From the NCBI RefSeq assembly GCF_000020025.1, contig NC_010628.1, forward strand, positions 8,010,001 through 8,042,000: a DNA stretch of 32,000 nt, written 5' to 3'. The DNA comes from Nostoc punctiforme PCC 73102 (GTDB taxonomy: Bacteria > Cyanobacteriota > Cyanobacteriia > Cyanobacteriales > Nostocaceae). This document shows, piece after piece, positions 17,844 through 26,391 of the stretch (within the stretch, counting starts at the first letter, position 1; every line of letters begins with the position of its first letter). The position numbers were made by a program, and so were the translations under genes. The notes beneath the pieces are model-generated. The model worked only from the letters and a program-made list of their open reading frames with translations, was not told the origin of the DNA and made no database searches.

Positions 17844-19175
17844 ATGCCAATGTTTAAACGTTCTCCTGCCTCCCAGCGCACTAAAAATGTTAATGGTCAG
17901 CATTCATCCATTCATGGGTTAAAAGTCTTGTATGAACCAAAGTCAGTACGCTCTCTAGCCTCCAATGCAGCAATGATTCTAATCAGTGCTGCATTGCTAA
18001 GTTGGTCTTTCCGCTTCATGAAAGCTCAACTAACAACTGTAAATAGCGTTGATGCAGTTATGAACGGTACGCTAACAGATATACGGGCACAACAAGAAGG
18101 TGTGATTTCAAAAGTTACAGTCAAAACTGGTCAGTCTATAAACTCTGAGGATTTGTTATTTGTTATAGAAAATCAACGCACAAGCCAACTTCAAGCTCAA
18201 GAAGTTTCTAGTCGCCTAAATCAACAAGAAGCAGAATTGAGACAGGCTCAAGAACGTTTAGCGCATAAACTGTCACTTCTGAATATAGTAAATCGAGATG
18301 CTGTAAACCAGGAGAGGTTGGCAGTCTTGGAGAATCAGCAAAACCAAAAGCAATTGCTGTCCGATCTTGAAGGTGCAAAGTCGCGTTATCAACTTGCAGA
18401 ATTAAACTATAAACGAGCAAAGCTTTTAAAGTCAGAAGGAGCGATCGCTGAAGCCAGCTTTGATGCAGCAGAGATTGAACTAAAACAGCGTGAAAGTGAA
18501 GTAGAAAGCCTGCAAGCTAAACTTGCAGCATTACAGGTTAACCAGGATGCTGTTCGTAATGGCTTATCATTATCCAGAACAAGGAGTAACTACGACCCAA
18601 GCATTCGTTTAGTAGAATTGCAATTGCAAATTGCTGAAGACCAGCAAGGAATTGAAACCTTGAAAAAAACGATTCAAGGAACTAAAGCAGAGTTCGATCA
18701 GGCAAAGAAAGATTTACAACACAAGCAGGTTGTAACAATCAAATCGCCGGAATCTGGAGTAATGTGGCGCCTGACTGCCCAACTTGGCAAGTTTGTGCAA
18801 CAAGGAGATTCGCTAGGGCAAATTGCGGCCTGTAATCAACGATGGGTAGATGCTTGGGTGGACGAGCAGAAGGTGCAATTACTTCAAGTTGGGACTCCAG
18901 CCGAGATTAAGCTGAATGGTACAGGGTCATCCGTTACCCTGACAGGAAAAATCTCGGTAATCCGTTCGGGGATCGGGCGATTATCTGCTGGAGAAGATAC
19001 TGTTGTAGCAATGATGCCAAATTTACCACGACATACGCAAGTGCATATTACGTTAGATACGGAACCTAGCTCTTCTTCATCCGAGAATATGCATAATGGC
19101 AATCTTTGTTACATCGGTTATACAGGGCGGGTGGTATTCAAGGTGCGATCTACCAGTTTTTTTGCGGGCTTCTAA
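17844..19175 (+). CDS. HlyD-family periplasmic adaptor (membrane fusion protein), XcsB-like
   Basis: One N-terminal TM helix (AAMILISAALLSWSF) is followed by a barrel-sandwich segment (GVISKVTVKTGQSINSEDLLFVIEN). Then come a ~200-aa Q/E/L-rich coiled coil and a C-terminal beta-domain. The synthase gene lies directly downstream. Confidence 0.8.
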   Translation: MPMFKRSPASQRTKNVNGQHSSIHGLKVLYEPKSVRSLASNAAMILISAALLSWSFRFMKAQLTTVNSVDAVMNGTLTDIRAQQEGVISKVTVKTGQSINSEDLLFVIENQRTSQLQAQEVSSRLNQQEAELRQAQERLAHKLSLLNIVNRDAVNQERLAVLENQQNQKQLLSDLEGAKSRYQLAELNYKRAKLLKSEGAIAEASFDAAEIELKQRESEVESLQAKLAALQVNQDAVRNGLSLSRTRSNYDPSIRLVELQLQIAEDQQGIETLKKTIQGTKAEFDQAKKDLQHKQVVTIKSPESGVMWRLTAQLGKFVQQGDSLGQIAACNQRWVDAWVDEQKVQLLQVGTPAEIKLNGTGSSVTLTGKISVIRSGIGRLSAGEDTVVAMMPNLPRHTQVHITLDTEPSSSSSENMHNGNLCYIGYTGRVVFKVRSTSFFAGF

Positions 19176-19284
19176 TTTGCACAAGTTACCAATAATTATA
19201 CTTATTTCCCCATCTAATACACTTCTTAAAGGTTTTTACCTCCGCATTCTCAAGGAATTTTGAGTTTTTACTACTGTTATAACA

Positions 19285-21465
19285 ATGACGAAAACTGATC
19301 CTCAAAAAGCCTCTTCTTCATGGGTCTGGACACTATTTATCATCAGTGCCTTTGTATTTGTATCAACAGTATTTATTAGTGGTTGGACAAGCACAGGGCC
19401 GACGTTTTTTCCAACCTATGAAGTCAACCCAACAATTACTCGATTATTGCCAACTGTATTACAGGTACCATCCATTGATTGGGAGCTATCATTTCCTATT
19501 GTTGCTGTTCTTCTAATTTGTGTTTGTCTCCGATTTATTCGATCTACAAATAGTAGCCGCTTTGTCATGAAATTAATCCTATTATTTCTGGCAACACGTT
19601 ACTTTACCTGGCGAACAGTTGTCACCTTAAATTTTTCCCATCCAGCTAGTATAGTTTTTTCTTTAACAATTTACATTTTAGAGGTAATTTCCTTTTTTTC
19701 TTGCTGCTTATATACACTGCAAACTATTTGGTCAACCTCAAAATTACGAAGTGCAGAGGCGAATCAATATTCTCAAGCTGTTCTTTCCACCCAATATCTT
19801 CCCTCGGTTGATGTGCTGGTTCCTACTTATAATGAGCCAGACTATATTGTTCGCCGAACTGTTATCGGCTGTCAGGCAATGGAGTATCTCAACAAAACTA
19901 TTTATATTTTGGATGATACTCGCCGCCCTCATATTAAAGAGCTGGCAGAGGAATTGGGATGTGAATACATCACTCGCCCAGATAATACCCATGCAAAGGC
20001 TGGTAACTTAAATAATGCGTTGAAGTATATTGGCGGTGAATTGATTGTACCTATCGATGCAGATTTTGTGCCATTCAAAAACTTTTTGACTCGAACAGTT
20101 GGCTTTTTTCAAAATCCAGAAACTTCTCTTGTTCAGACTCCACAATACTTTTACAATCCGGACTATCATGCTCGTAATTTAGGGTTAGAAAATTTTCTAC
20201 CCAATGATTTAGAGCATTTCTATGGGTTACAGCAATCAAACCGAGATGTGGGCAATAGTGTGATTTGCTGTGGTAGTTCCTATGTTGTTCGACGAAGTTG
20301 TCTCGATGCAATTGGAGGTTATTACACTCGATGCTGCGTTGAAGACTTTCAAACATCTTTACGAATGTTGACGCACGGTTTTCGACTGATTTTTCTCAAT
20401 GAAGTTCTTAGTACAGGAGAATCAACTCGAACCTATACAGATTATATCGATCAGCGACTTCGCTGGTTACAAGGAAATTTTCAGGTTTACTTTTGCGGTG
20501 ATGATATTCCGATTTGGTCGAAACTTAACTGGATTCAAAAAAGCTACAGCATATCGCAGCTTATTTATTGCTTTCAATCAGTGTTTCGAGCTGTTTTTAT
20601 ATTGGCACCTCTGTGCAGTGCCTACCTTGGAATTTCACCCTTTATTGCAACCCTGCCTGAAATTCTCTACTACTTCATGCCATTCTGGTTGTTGCATATT
20701 GCAATTTATGGTTGGGCATCAAATTACCGAGTTTCTTACTTTTGGAACGAAGTATACGAAACAATCTTTTGTTTTCCAGCACTCAAACGATTGAGTCTCA
20801 TTATCCGCAATCCTTTTGCAAAAGCAAGTCGGGCTACTCGTAAAGGGGTCAAGGCAGATCGAAAGAATTACAATTTCAATCATACATTGCCACTGATTAT
20901 TCTTTTAGCATTGTCGGGATTGATTATTGGATTGCATCTTTTTGGGGTACAACTTGGAGTTTGGTTAACTTTGGATGAAAGTTCAGGTGTATTAATATTC
21001 TGGCTTTTTTACAATGTTCTATTTATGGGAGTAGCTATTCTATCGGCTATCGACCAACCAATTCGGCGGACAATGGATCGTTTCCCTTTAAAAACAACTT
21101 GTAAGATTACAGCCAAAGATCAAGTTTTTTTGGGTTACACTCAAAACCTTTCTGAAAGTGGAGCCAGAGTTGTATTGATTACGTCAGATGTCGCCCTCAA
21201 TACATCGATTGTCGAGGTTACATTTGTGGAGTATGGCTTTTCCATACAGGCGGAGATTGTGCGTTTTTTCGTCAAGAAGGATAAGTTCGGGATTGCTTTG
21301 CAATTTATCCAGCTTGAAACTGAACAACAGCGTAAATTGGTTGAGGTGCTGTATACCGAAATGACTTGGTGGAAACAGCGCAAGAAGCCTGGAAATTTAG
21401 ACTCTTTCCTGGCAATGATAGCCTCCACCATTCAAGCAAGATCGCTTCTCAATTGGTATGACTGA
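19285..21465 (+). CDS. Processive family-2 glycosyltransferase (cellulose-synthase-like) with C-terminal PilZ domain, XcsA/BcsA-like
   Basis: GT2 synthase motifs occur in order: VLVPTYNEP, ILDDT, IDADF, QTPQ, CCGS, VEDF, QRLRW. There are multiple TM helices before and after the catalytic domain. PilZ signatures RRTMDR and NLSESG are present. Confidence 0.88.
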   Translation: MTKTDPQKASSSWVWTLFIISAFVFVSTVFISGWTSTGPTFFPTYEVNPTITRLLPTVLQVPSIDWELSFPIVAVLLICVCLRFIRSTNSSRFVMKLILLFLATRYFTWRTVVTLNFSHPASIVFSLTIYILEVISFFSCCLYTLQTIWSTSKLRSAEANQYSQAVLSTQYLPSVDVLVPTYNEPDYIVRRTVIGCQAMEYLNKTIYILDDTRRPHIKELAEELGCEYITRPDNTHAKAGNLNNALKYIGGELIVPIDADFVPFKNFLTRTVGFFQNPETSLVQTPQYFYNPDYHARNLGLENFLPNDLEHFYGLQQSNRDVGNSVICCGSSYVVRRSCLDAIGGYYTRCCVEDFQTSLRMLTHGFRLIFLNEVLSTGESTRTYTDYIDQRLRWLQGNFQVYFCGDDIPIWSKLNWIQKSYSISQLIYCFQSVFRAVFILAPLCSAYLGISPFIATLPEILYYFMPFWLLHIAIYGWASNYRVSYFWNEVYETIFCFPALKRLSLIIRNPFAKASRATRKGVKADRKNYNFNHTLPLIILLALSGLIIGLHLFGVQLGVWLTLDESSGVLIFWLFYNVLFMGVAILSAIDQPIRRTMDRFPLKTTCKITAKDQVFLGYTQNLSESGARVVLITSDVALNTSIVEVTFVEYGFSIQAEIVRFFVKKDKFGIALQFIQLETEQQRKLVEVLYTEMTWWKQRKKPGNLDSFLAMIASTIQARSLLNWYD

Positions 21466-21562
21466 ACGATTATCAGCCTATACTTTTGCAGTTTTTTCAT
21501 ATTCTGTTTAAGTAAATATACTTCGTTAGCTAGGGCTAGTTGAATAAAATAACTCTTTAGTA

Positions 21563-22846
21563 ATGCTTAAATTTGGACAATATTTACTATTAGCATTGTG
21601 CTTAAGCATACTTTTGGTGAACCAGAGTTCAATTTTCACAGAAAGACTCACTCCTTTATCCTTTATGCAAGCCAATCAACTCAGATTGTCAGAGCAAATT
21701 GATCGAACTCGTACAGGAAATATGGTTATCCAGGTTGTTAATTCTCAGCAGCAGCCAGTCTCCGGTGTCGAAGTTAAACTTGAGCAGGTTGCTCATGAAT
21801 TTGAGTTTGGTACAGCGCTCAGTACTCAAATGTTTGCTCAAGGCGCTAATCCTAACGATCAAGCTCAGTATTTTAATCTTTCTAGGCAACTTTTCAATGG
21901 CACTGTGCATGAAAATGCTCTCAAGTGGTATGCAACTGAAGAACAACAGGGACACGTCAATTATGTAGATGCGGATCGAATTTTAAGCTGGAGTGAAACC
22001 CATTCTCTACCATTACGCGGACATGCACTTTTTTGGGAGGTGGAGAAATGGAACCAGCCTTGGTTGAAATCTCTTTCCAAGCAAGAACTGCGACTTGCTG
22101 TTGAACGGCGAGCAACAGAAATTTGCGATCGCTATCGAGGGCGAATTCGTGAATATGATGTTTTAAATGAGATGCTACATGGTGATTTTTTTAGGCAGCG
22201 CTTAGGTGAAGATATTGTCAAAACAATGTTCGAGCGATGCCATGCTGCCGATCCGAATGCAGTACTATATGTTAATGATTACGACATCCTGAATGGTAGA
22301 AGATTGGATGACTATGTTCAACAGATTCGTTCATTACTGGCGCAAGGAGTCCCAATTGGAGGGATTGGGATTCAGGCACACATTTTAAGAGAAAAAATCA
22401 CACCAGCACAGATCCAACACAGTCTAGATACGTTAGCACAATTCAATTTACCAATTAAGATCACAGAATTTTCTACACTTGCAAATACTGAGCAGGAACA
22501 AGCAAAAATTCTGCTTAATCTGTATCAAATCGCTTTTGCCCACCCAATGGTTAAGGGAATTCTCATGTGGGGATTCTGCCAGAAGGCCCATTGGGTACCT
22601 CAAGCAGCTATTTTTGACAGAAACTTCCAACCAAAACTGGCTGCAAAAGTCTATGAAGAGCTAGTTTTCCAGCAATGGTGGACTCGAGCGAGTGGGATCA
22701 CCAATCAGAATGGTCAATTCTCAACCCGTGCTTTCTTTGGACAGTACCAGGTAACGGTAAAAGGGCAAAACTGGAGTCAAACTCGCTCATTCTCATTTCA
22801 ATCCCAAATAAATCAATCTAGAGTTTTGACATTAGTTGTCTCATGA
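21563..22846 (+). CDS. Secreted glycoside hydrolase, GH10-like (clan GH-A)
   Basis: Signal peptide MLKFGQYLLLALCLSILLV. GH10-type motifs are ENALKWYATEEQQG, LRGHALFWE, the acid/base YDVLNE and the nucleophile IKITEFS. Confidence 0.8.
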   Translation: MLKFGQYLLLALCLSILLVNQSSIFTERLTPLSFMQANQLRLSEQIDRTRTGNMVIQVVNSQQQPVSGVEVKLEQVAHEFEFGTALSTQMFAQGANPNDQAQYFNLSRQLFNGTVHENALKWYATEEQQGHVNYVDADRILSWSETHSLPLRGHALFWEVEKWNQPWLKSLSKQELRLAVERRATEICDRYRGRIREYDVLNEMLHGDFFRQRLGEDIVKTMFERCHAADPNAVLYVNDYDILNGRRLDDYVQQIRSLLAQGVPIGGIGIQAHILREKITPAQIQHSLDTLAQFNLPIKITEFSTLANTEQEQAKILLNLYQIAFAHPMVKGILMWGFCQKAHWVPQAAIFDRNFQPKLAAKVYEELVFQQWWTRASGITNQNGQFSTRAFFGQYQVTVKGQNWSQTRSFSFQSQINQSRVLTLVVS

Positions 22847-23049
22847 TATGGGTATTTCAAAATTGAATTAAACATAACTATTGTGGAGTGGGCATCTTGC
22901 CTGCCCAGGTTATGCAATTAAAATGTGGAACAGCTTAGTTAATTTTTTACTACCACATTCAACTTGTAGTTTTCGGAGATGTCTAAACAATCTGTCATTC
23001 TGGTCAAATAGTTGGTCATTTTACAAAAGGCGTTTTAAAACTCACATCA

Positions 23050-23091
23050 AAAGAGCGATCGCCTGCGGTACATTGTTGGCGATCGCTCTTT
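23050..23091. terminator. HIP1-based 14-bp-stem hairpin between convergent genes (possible bidirectional terminator)
   Basis: aaagagcgatcgcc (23050-23063) and ggcgatcgctcttt (23078-23091) are exact reverse complements with a 14-nt loop. There is no strong U-tract on either strand, so terminator function is uncertain. Confidence 0.35.
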
Positions 23092-23112
23092 ACTATATTG
23101 ATAAAGGATCGA

Positions 23113-25569
23113 TTACGGTTGAATCCGGAGTGTTAACAGCACAGTACTGGTGAGTATCTCTTCGGGTAGCCAAGCTAAAAGCGATCGCCTCATTAATTCA
23201 ATCACTGTCCGTTCCTTCAGGGATGAAGCCTGCTCATCCAGCAGCAACTGTCTCACCCGTCCCTGGCTAAGTTGGAATTCAAACACCAAATCACCACCAA
23301 AACCTCTAGGGAGTTGAATTGATTGCAAGTATTGAGTCAGCAGAGAAATTATCTCTTGATTCAATCCCGTTACGCTGACAACCTGTAAACGAGGTACAGA
23401 AGATTCTTCTTTCTGTAAAGCTTTTAAATTTTCAAATTGTGGCATCGCTCTTTCGGGAACTGATAACAGGCTATCAAGATTACTAAAGCCATCATCATCT
23501 GCAAATCCGATTTCTGGCTCTGATGCTGGAATATCGAATTCCATCGCTAATGACTCCATTTCTTCAAACCGTTGTATCGGTTTTGATGGCGCAAACACAG
23601 GGGATGGCAAGGGTGGTGCAGATTGTTTCTTCGCCTGCTGGCGACTGCTTACCATTCCACCCCCAGGAGCAGCACCAAAACTTAGGTTACTAAAAATACC
23701 TTCATGACTGATTGCTTCAGGGATTTCTACAGGTACTTGCACAGATATAAAATCTCGGTTGGGATTGACTCTGATATCATCGCTGACGGCAACAAAAGCG
23801 GTATATTGCGATAACAGTTGATAAGTCAGAGCCGTATCTGTCACTGCTTCCACACCTCCCTTTGTGTCTCCACTCACCATTTGATTCATTAAATCCTTGA
23901 TGCGGGAACGTCCCCAAAGTTGAGCAATAGCGGGATTACCTGTTTGGGGAAAATTCAGGTGAAAACTGTGCTGATAACGCCTACCACCCGCAGCAATTCC
24001 AGTAACGTGCAACTTTCCAGAATGCGCGTCTGGTTTGCGTCCAAATAGCACTAACGGTTGCTCTGCAAATAAATCTGGTGGTGTAGAGGGATACATGATT
24101 GGAGATTCCCCATCACCTTCCCATTGCAATTGAATATTGGCGAGGACTGGATTATTGATTTGGCGGAAGAATTTTTCTACCACCTCATCTACAGGTTCAT
24201 CGTGGCGAATAATCCGAGCAATACCCCGTCCTAATTCTGCAATCCGATTGAGTAAGAAACGATTCACCGAACTACCTGCACCAAAGCTATGGAGGCGTGT
24301 TCCTGGCTGGAGACGTTGTTTAACTTCTGCTAAAATTTGGTTTTCGTTGCCGATATAGCCATCAGTTAGTAAAACAATATTTCGCAAGCGTCCCGGATTT
24401 GTGGCTTTTAAGTTTAAGACGGTGCGAATACCGCCTAACATCTCTGTTCCACCGCCAGCGTTTAAGCGATTGATATAGTTGATTGCTAATAAGCGATTTG
24501 CAGAAGTATTGGGGAGAGGAACGGGTGAAAGTTGCTGTGTGGTATCGGAAAAATCAATAATGTTGAAGGTGTCGTCGGGATTGAGTCCATTGATAAAACG
24601 ACGCATCAATTCCTGACATTGCATCAGTGGTTCGCCACTTTGAGAACCGGAGGAGTCGATGAGAAACACCATATCTTTGGCGACAATCTCATCAGGACGG
24701 TACTCAAAGGCGGGAATCAGGTATAGTGCGAAGTGTCCGCCCCGTTCATCAGCTTGAGTCAGCGTGGTTGTTTGGATGTTATTACTGGCAACTTGATAGC
24801 GTAAAATTAGGTCTTTGTTGGGTATGGTGTCTCCACCTCCTAATTTGACATTTACCAACTGTCCTTCACGGATAATTTGGATTTGGTGAGAGGGTGAGTT
24901 AATATCCTGAATCTCAATGCCAGCATTAATTTCTATGGTGACATTAATATCATGACGCGATCGCATTCCTGCTGGCAAAATGGGAGCGTTTAAGCGAGAA
25001 GCATCTGGAACTAAATCGGTATCTTGATTTTGAGTCATCGGTGCAATAGCTGAACCACCCCCAACTGCATCTTCTTCGATGGTGATTCCGGGAATGTAAC
25101 GGGGGCCAACAACCATTGGGAAGACAAACTCGTAATTTCCCCCCTCAAATTTTAGGCTGTCGCTGTAACGAATAATCACATCGATTTGTTCGCCTGGTTT
25201 GATGTTTGCCAGGGATTGGGTAAAGATATTGTCTCGTTCTTGTTCGAGGAGTCCGGCTGTCTGTCCTTGTTTTCTGGCTTGTTCGTAGATGGCTACAGCT
25301 TCTTGGCGTTTTTTGATGCTGCCTTGAATTGTGCGATCGCCTATGTGAATCAGCATATCATCAACGGCAGCTTCATCGGGTAAGGGGAAGATATAAACGG
25401 CTTCTAGGGTTGTGGTAAATGGATTTTCAAAGCTTTGGGTAACTTCCACCCGTGAGATGTTACCAGCGATTTTGGCTTTTACTTCGGTGTGTTTGAGGGG
25501 AAAAGCAATCTGTTGGCTGGAGTTTTGCAGATATAAGCCACTGGTTTGTTGTTCTAGGGTTTGAGTCAT
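23113..25569 (-). CDS. VIT + von Willebrand factor A domain protein with a long C-terminal extension
   Basis: The N-terminal VIT-like region runs FPLKHTEVKAKIAGNISRVEVTQSFENP...IKPGEQIDVIIRY. The vWA domain has a MIDAS motif, DMVFLIDSSGSQSG. A ~230-aa tail starts low-complexity and acidic, and ends in a small domain (GGDLVFEFQLSQGRVRQLLLDE...) that resembles TonB-C-like folds. Confidence 0.85.
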   Translation of the reverse strand: MTQTLEQQTSGLYLQNSSQQIAFPLKHTEVKAKIAGNISRVEVTQSFENPFTTTLEAVYIFPLPDEAAVDDMLIHIGDRTIQGSIKKRQEAVAIYEQARKQGQTAGLLEQERDNIFTQSLANIKPGEQIDVIIRYSDSLKFEGGNYEFVFPMVVGPRYIPGITIEEDAVGGGSAIAPMTQNQDTDLVPDASRLNAPILPAGMRSRHDINVTIEINAGIEIQDINSPSHQIQIIREGQLVNVKLGGGDTIPNKDLILRYQVASNNIQTTTLTQADERGGHFALYLIPAFEYRPDEIVAKDMVFLIDSSGSQSGEPLMQCQELMRRFINGLNPDDTFNIIDFSDTTQQLSPVPLPNTSANRLLAINYINRLNAGGGTEMLGGIRTVLNLKATNPGRLRNIVLLTDGYIGNENQILAEVKQRLQPGTRLHSFGAGSSVNRFLLNRIAELGRGIARIIRHDEPVDEVVEKFFRQINNPVLANIQLQWEGDGESPIMYPSTPPDLFAEQPLVLFGRKPDAHSGKLHVTGIAAGGRRYQHSFHLNFPQTGNPAIAQLWGRSRIKDLMNQMVSGDTKGGVEAVTDTALTYQLLSQYTAFVAVSDDIRVNPNRDFISVQVPVEIPEAISHEGIFSNLSFGAAPGGGMVSSRQQAKKQSAPPLPSPVFAPSKPIQRFEEMESLAMEFDIPASEPEIGFADDDGFSNLDSLLSVPERAMPQFENLKALQKEESSVPRLQVVSVTGLNQEIISLLTQYLQSIQLPRGFGGDLVFEFQLSQGRVRQLLLDEQASSLKERTVIELMRRSLLAWLPEEILTSTVLLTLRIQP

Positions 25570-25629
25570 AATTTTTACCTGACGCTTTTGTTTGCTGTCT
25601 CTAGCGTAGGCGGGTTTTTCTGGGAGATA

Positions 25630-25660
25630 TGCTCAGTTTTGTGCTCAGTTGATGCTCAGT
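25630..25660. promoter_or_regulatory. Three direct repeats of TGCTCAGT upstream of the vWA gene
   Basis: TGCTCAGT occurs at 25630-25637, 25642-25649 and 25653-25660, a spacing of 12 and 11 nt. The array lies 61-91 nt upstream of the ATG at 25569 (minus strand). Confidence 0.35.
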
Positions 25661-25700
25661 GATGGGTTTAGTGGTAAATAGGAGAATTTCTAGACCGAGC

Positions 25701-25784
25701 GCACCAACATCTTGGTTAGACAAAAACTAGCAGTACTCATTTCTAAAGCTACTTTACACTGATTTTGGCAAGGCGATCGCATCA
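25701..25784 (+). pseudogene. Relic of a STAND-NTPase N-terminal module, paralogous to 31341-31444
   Basis: About 85 nt align with the intact gene. This includes a 23-nt identical run, gattttggcaaggcgatcgcatc. TGG (31357-31359) is replaced by TAG (25717-25719), and about 20 nt are deleted. No ORF remains. Confidence 0.7.
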
Positions 25785-25978
25785 TTTCAAGGCAAACTTA
25801 TATCCTTGTCTTTTCATAAAAATGTGAAGATTTAAAACAAAATATTGGAAACTAACATGAATTTAAAATATGTCAAAGAAAAAGTATTCCCTGTTATAAA
25901 AGTAATATCAATAGTAGCGATCGCAACTGCAATAGGCTTAGAACTATGGAATGGGAGCATCTCACTTTTTAAAGTGGC

Positions 25979-26272
25979 TCAAACCGACAATAATCCATTA
26001 AGGTAAGCACATCAATGGGCAAGGACTTGAGGCAAATTTTCTTGTTTCCATTGTGCCCCGGAAATTTTTGTTCGACAGTCAACCTGTTTAACGGCAGATT
26101 CAACCGAACCAGAACCACTTGAACAAATTTGTTCGTGGAAATGGTAATTGGAAATTTGCTGCGGAATGCGGTGAATGCTCAAAAGGTGATTCAAGAAACT
26201 GTGCGGCGGTTGAGTGAAAATCCACCAACCAGTGAGGCGCATTCGGCTTTGAAGTATGGAATTTTGACTCAA
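25979..26272 (-). mobile_element. Transposase C-terminal relic (ISKra4-like by recollection)
   Basis: The minus-strand frame reads ...[55 protein letters not shown]. The in-frame TGA at 26012-26014 falls where I recall homologs reading HRCAYLNG. Only about 95 codons remain, abutting the 3' end of the kinase gene. Confidence 0.6.
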
Positions 26273-26391
26273 TTGGATAAAGCACCAGCGGCGACAAAAG
26301 AAAAATTGGAGTTATTGCTGCGGAAGCATTTGTAGTATTGAATATCACTCCAGTCATTGGTTTAACAATTGCAATAAATGATGCGATTGCT

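Noticed and set aside
22881-23153. 90-aa plus-strand ORF between the GH10 and vWA genes
   Set aside because: It spans hairpin and HIP1 palindromes and overlaps the 3' end of the convergent vWA gene. Its composition is not protein-like.
25858-26007. 49-aa ATG ORF with one hydrophobic helix (MNLKYVKEKVFPVIKVISIVAIATAIGLELW…)
   Set aside because: It overlaps the last transposase codons and the putative IS end. I see no SD, so it is likely fortuitous, although a small membrane peptide cannot be excluded.
26129-26335. 68-aa plus-strand ORF (…[10 protein letters not shown]…) and the minus-strand ORF 26100-26357
   Set aside because: They overlap the minus-strand frame that carries the recognisable transposase C-terminus (GSGSVESAVKQ…ISGAQW…VLAH). 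The NLLxNA resemblance to a kinase N-box is isolated.
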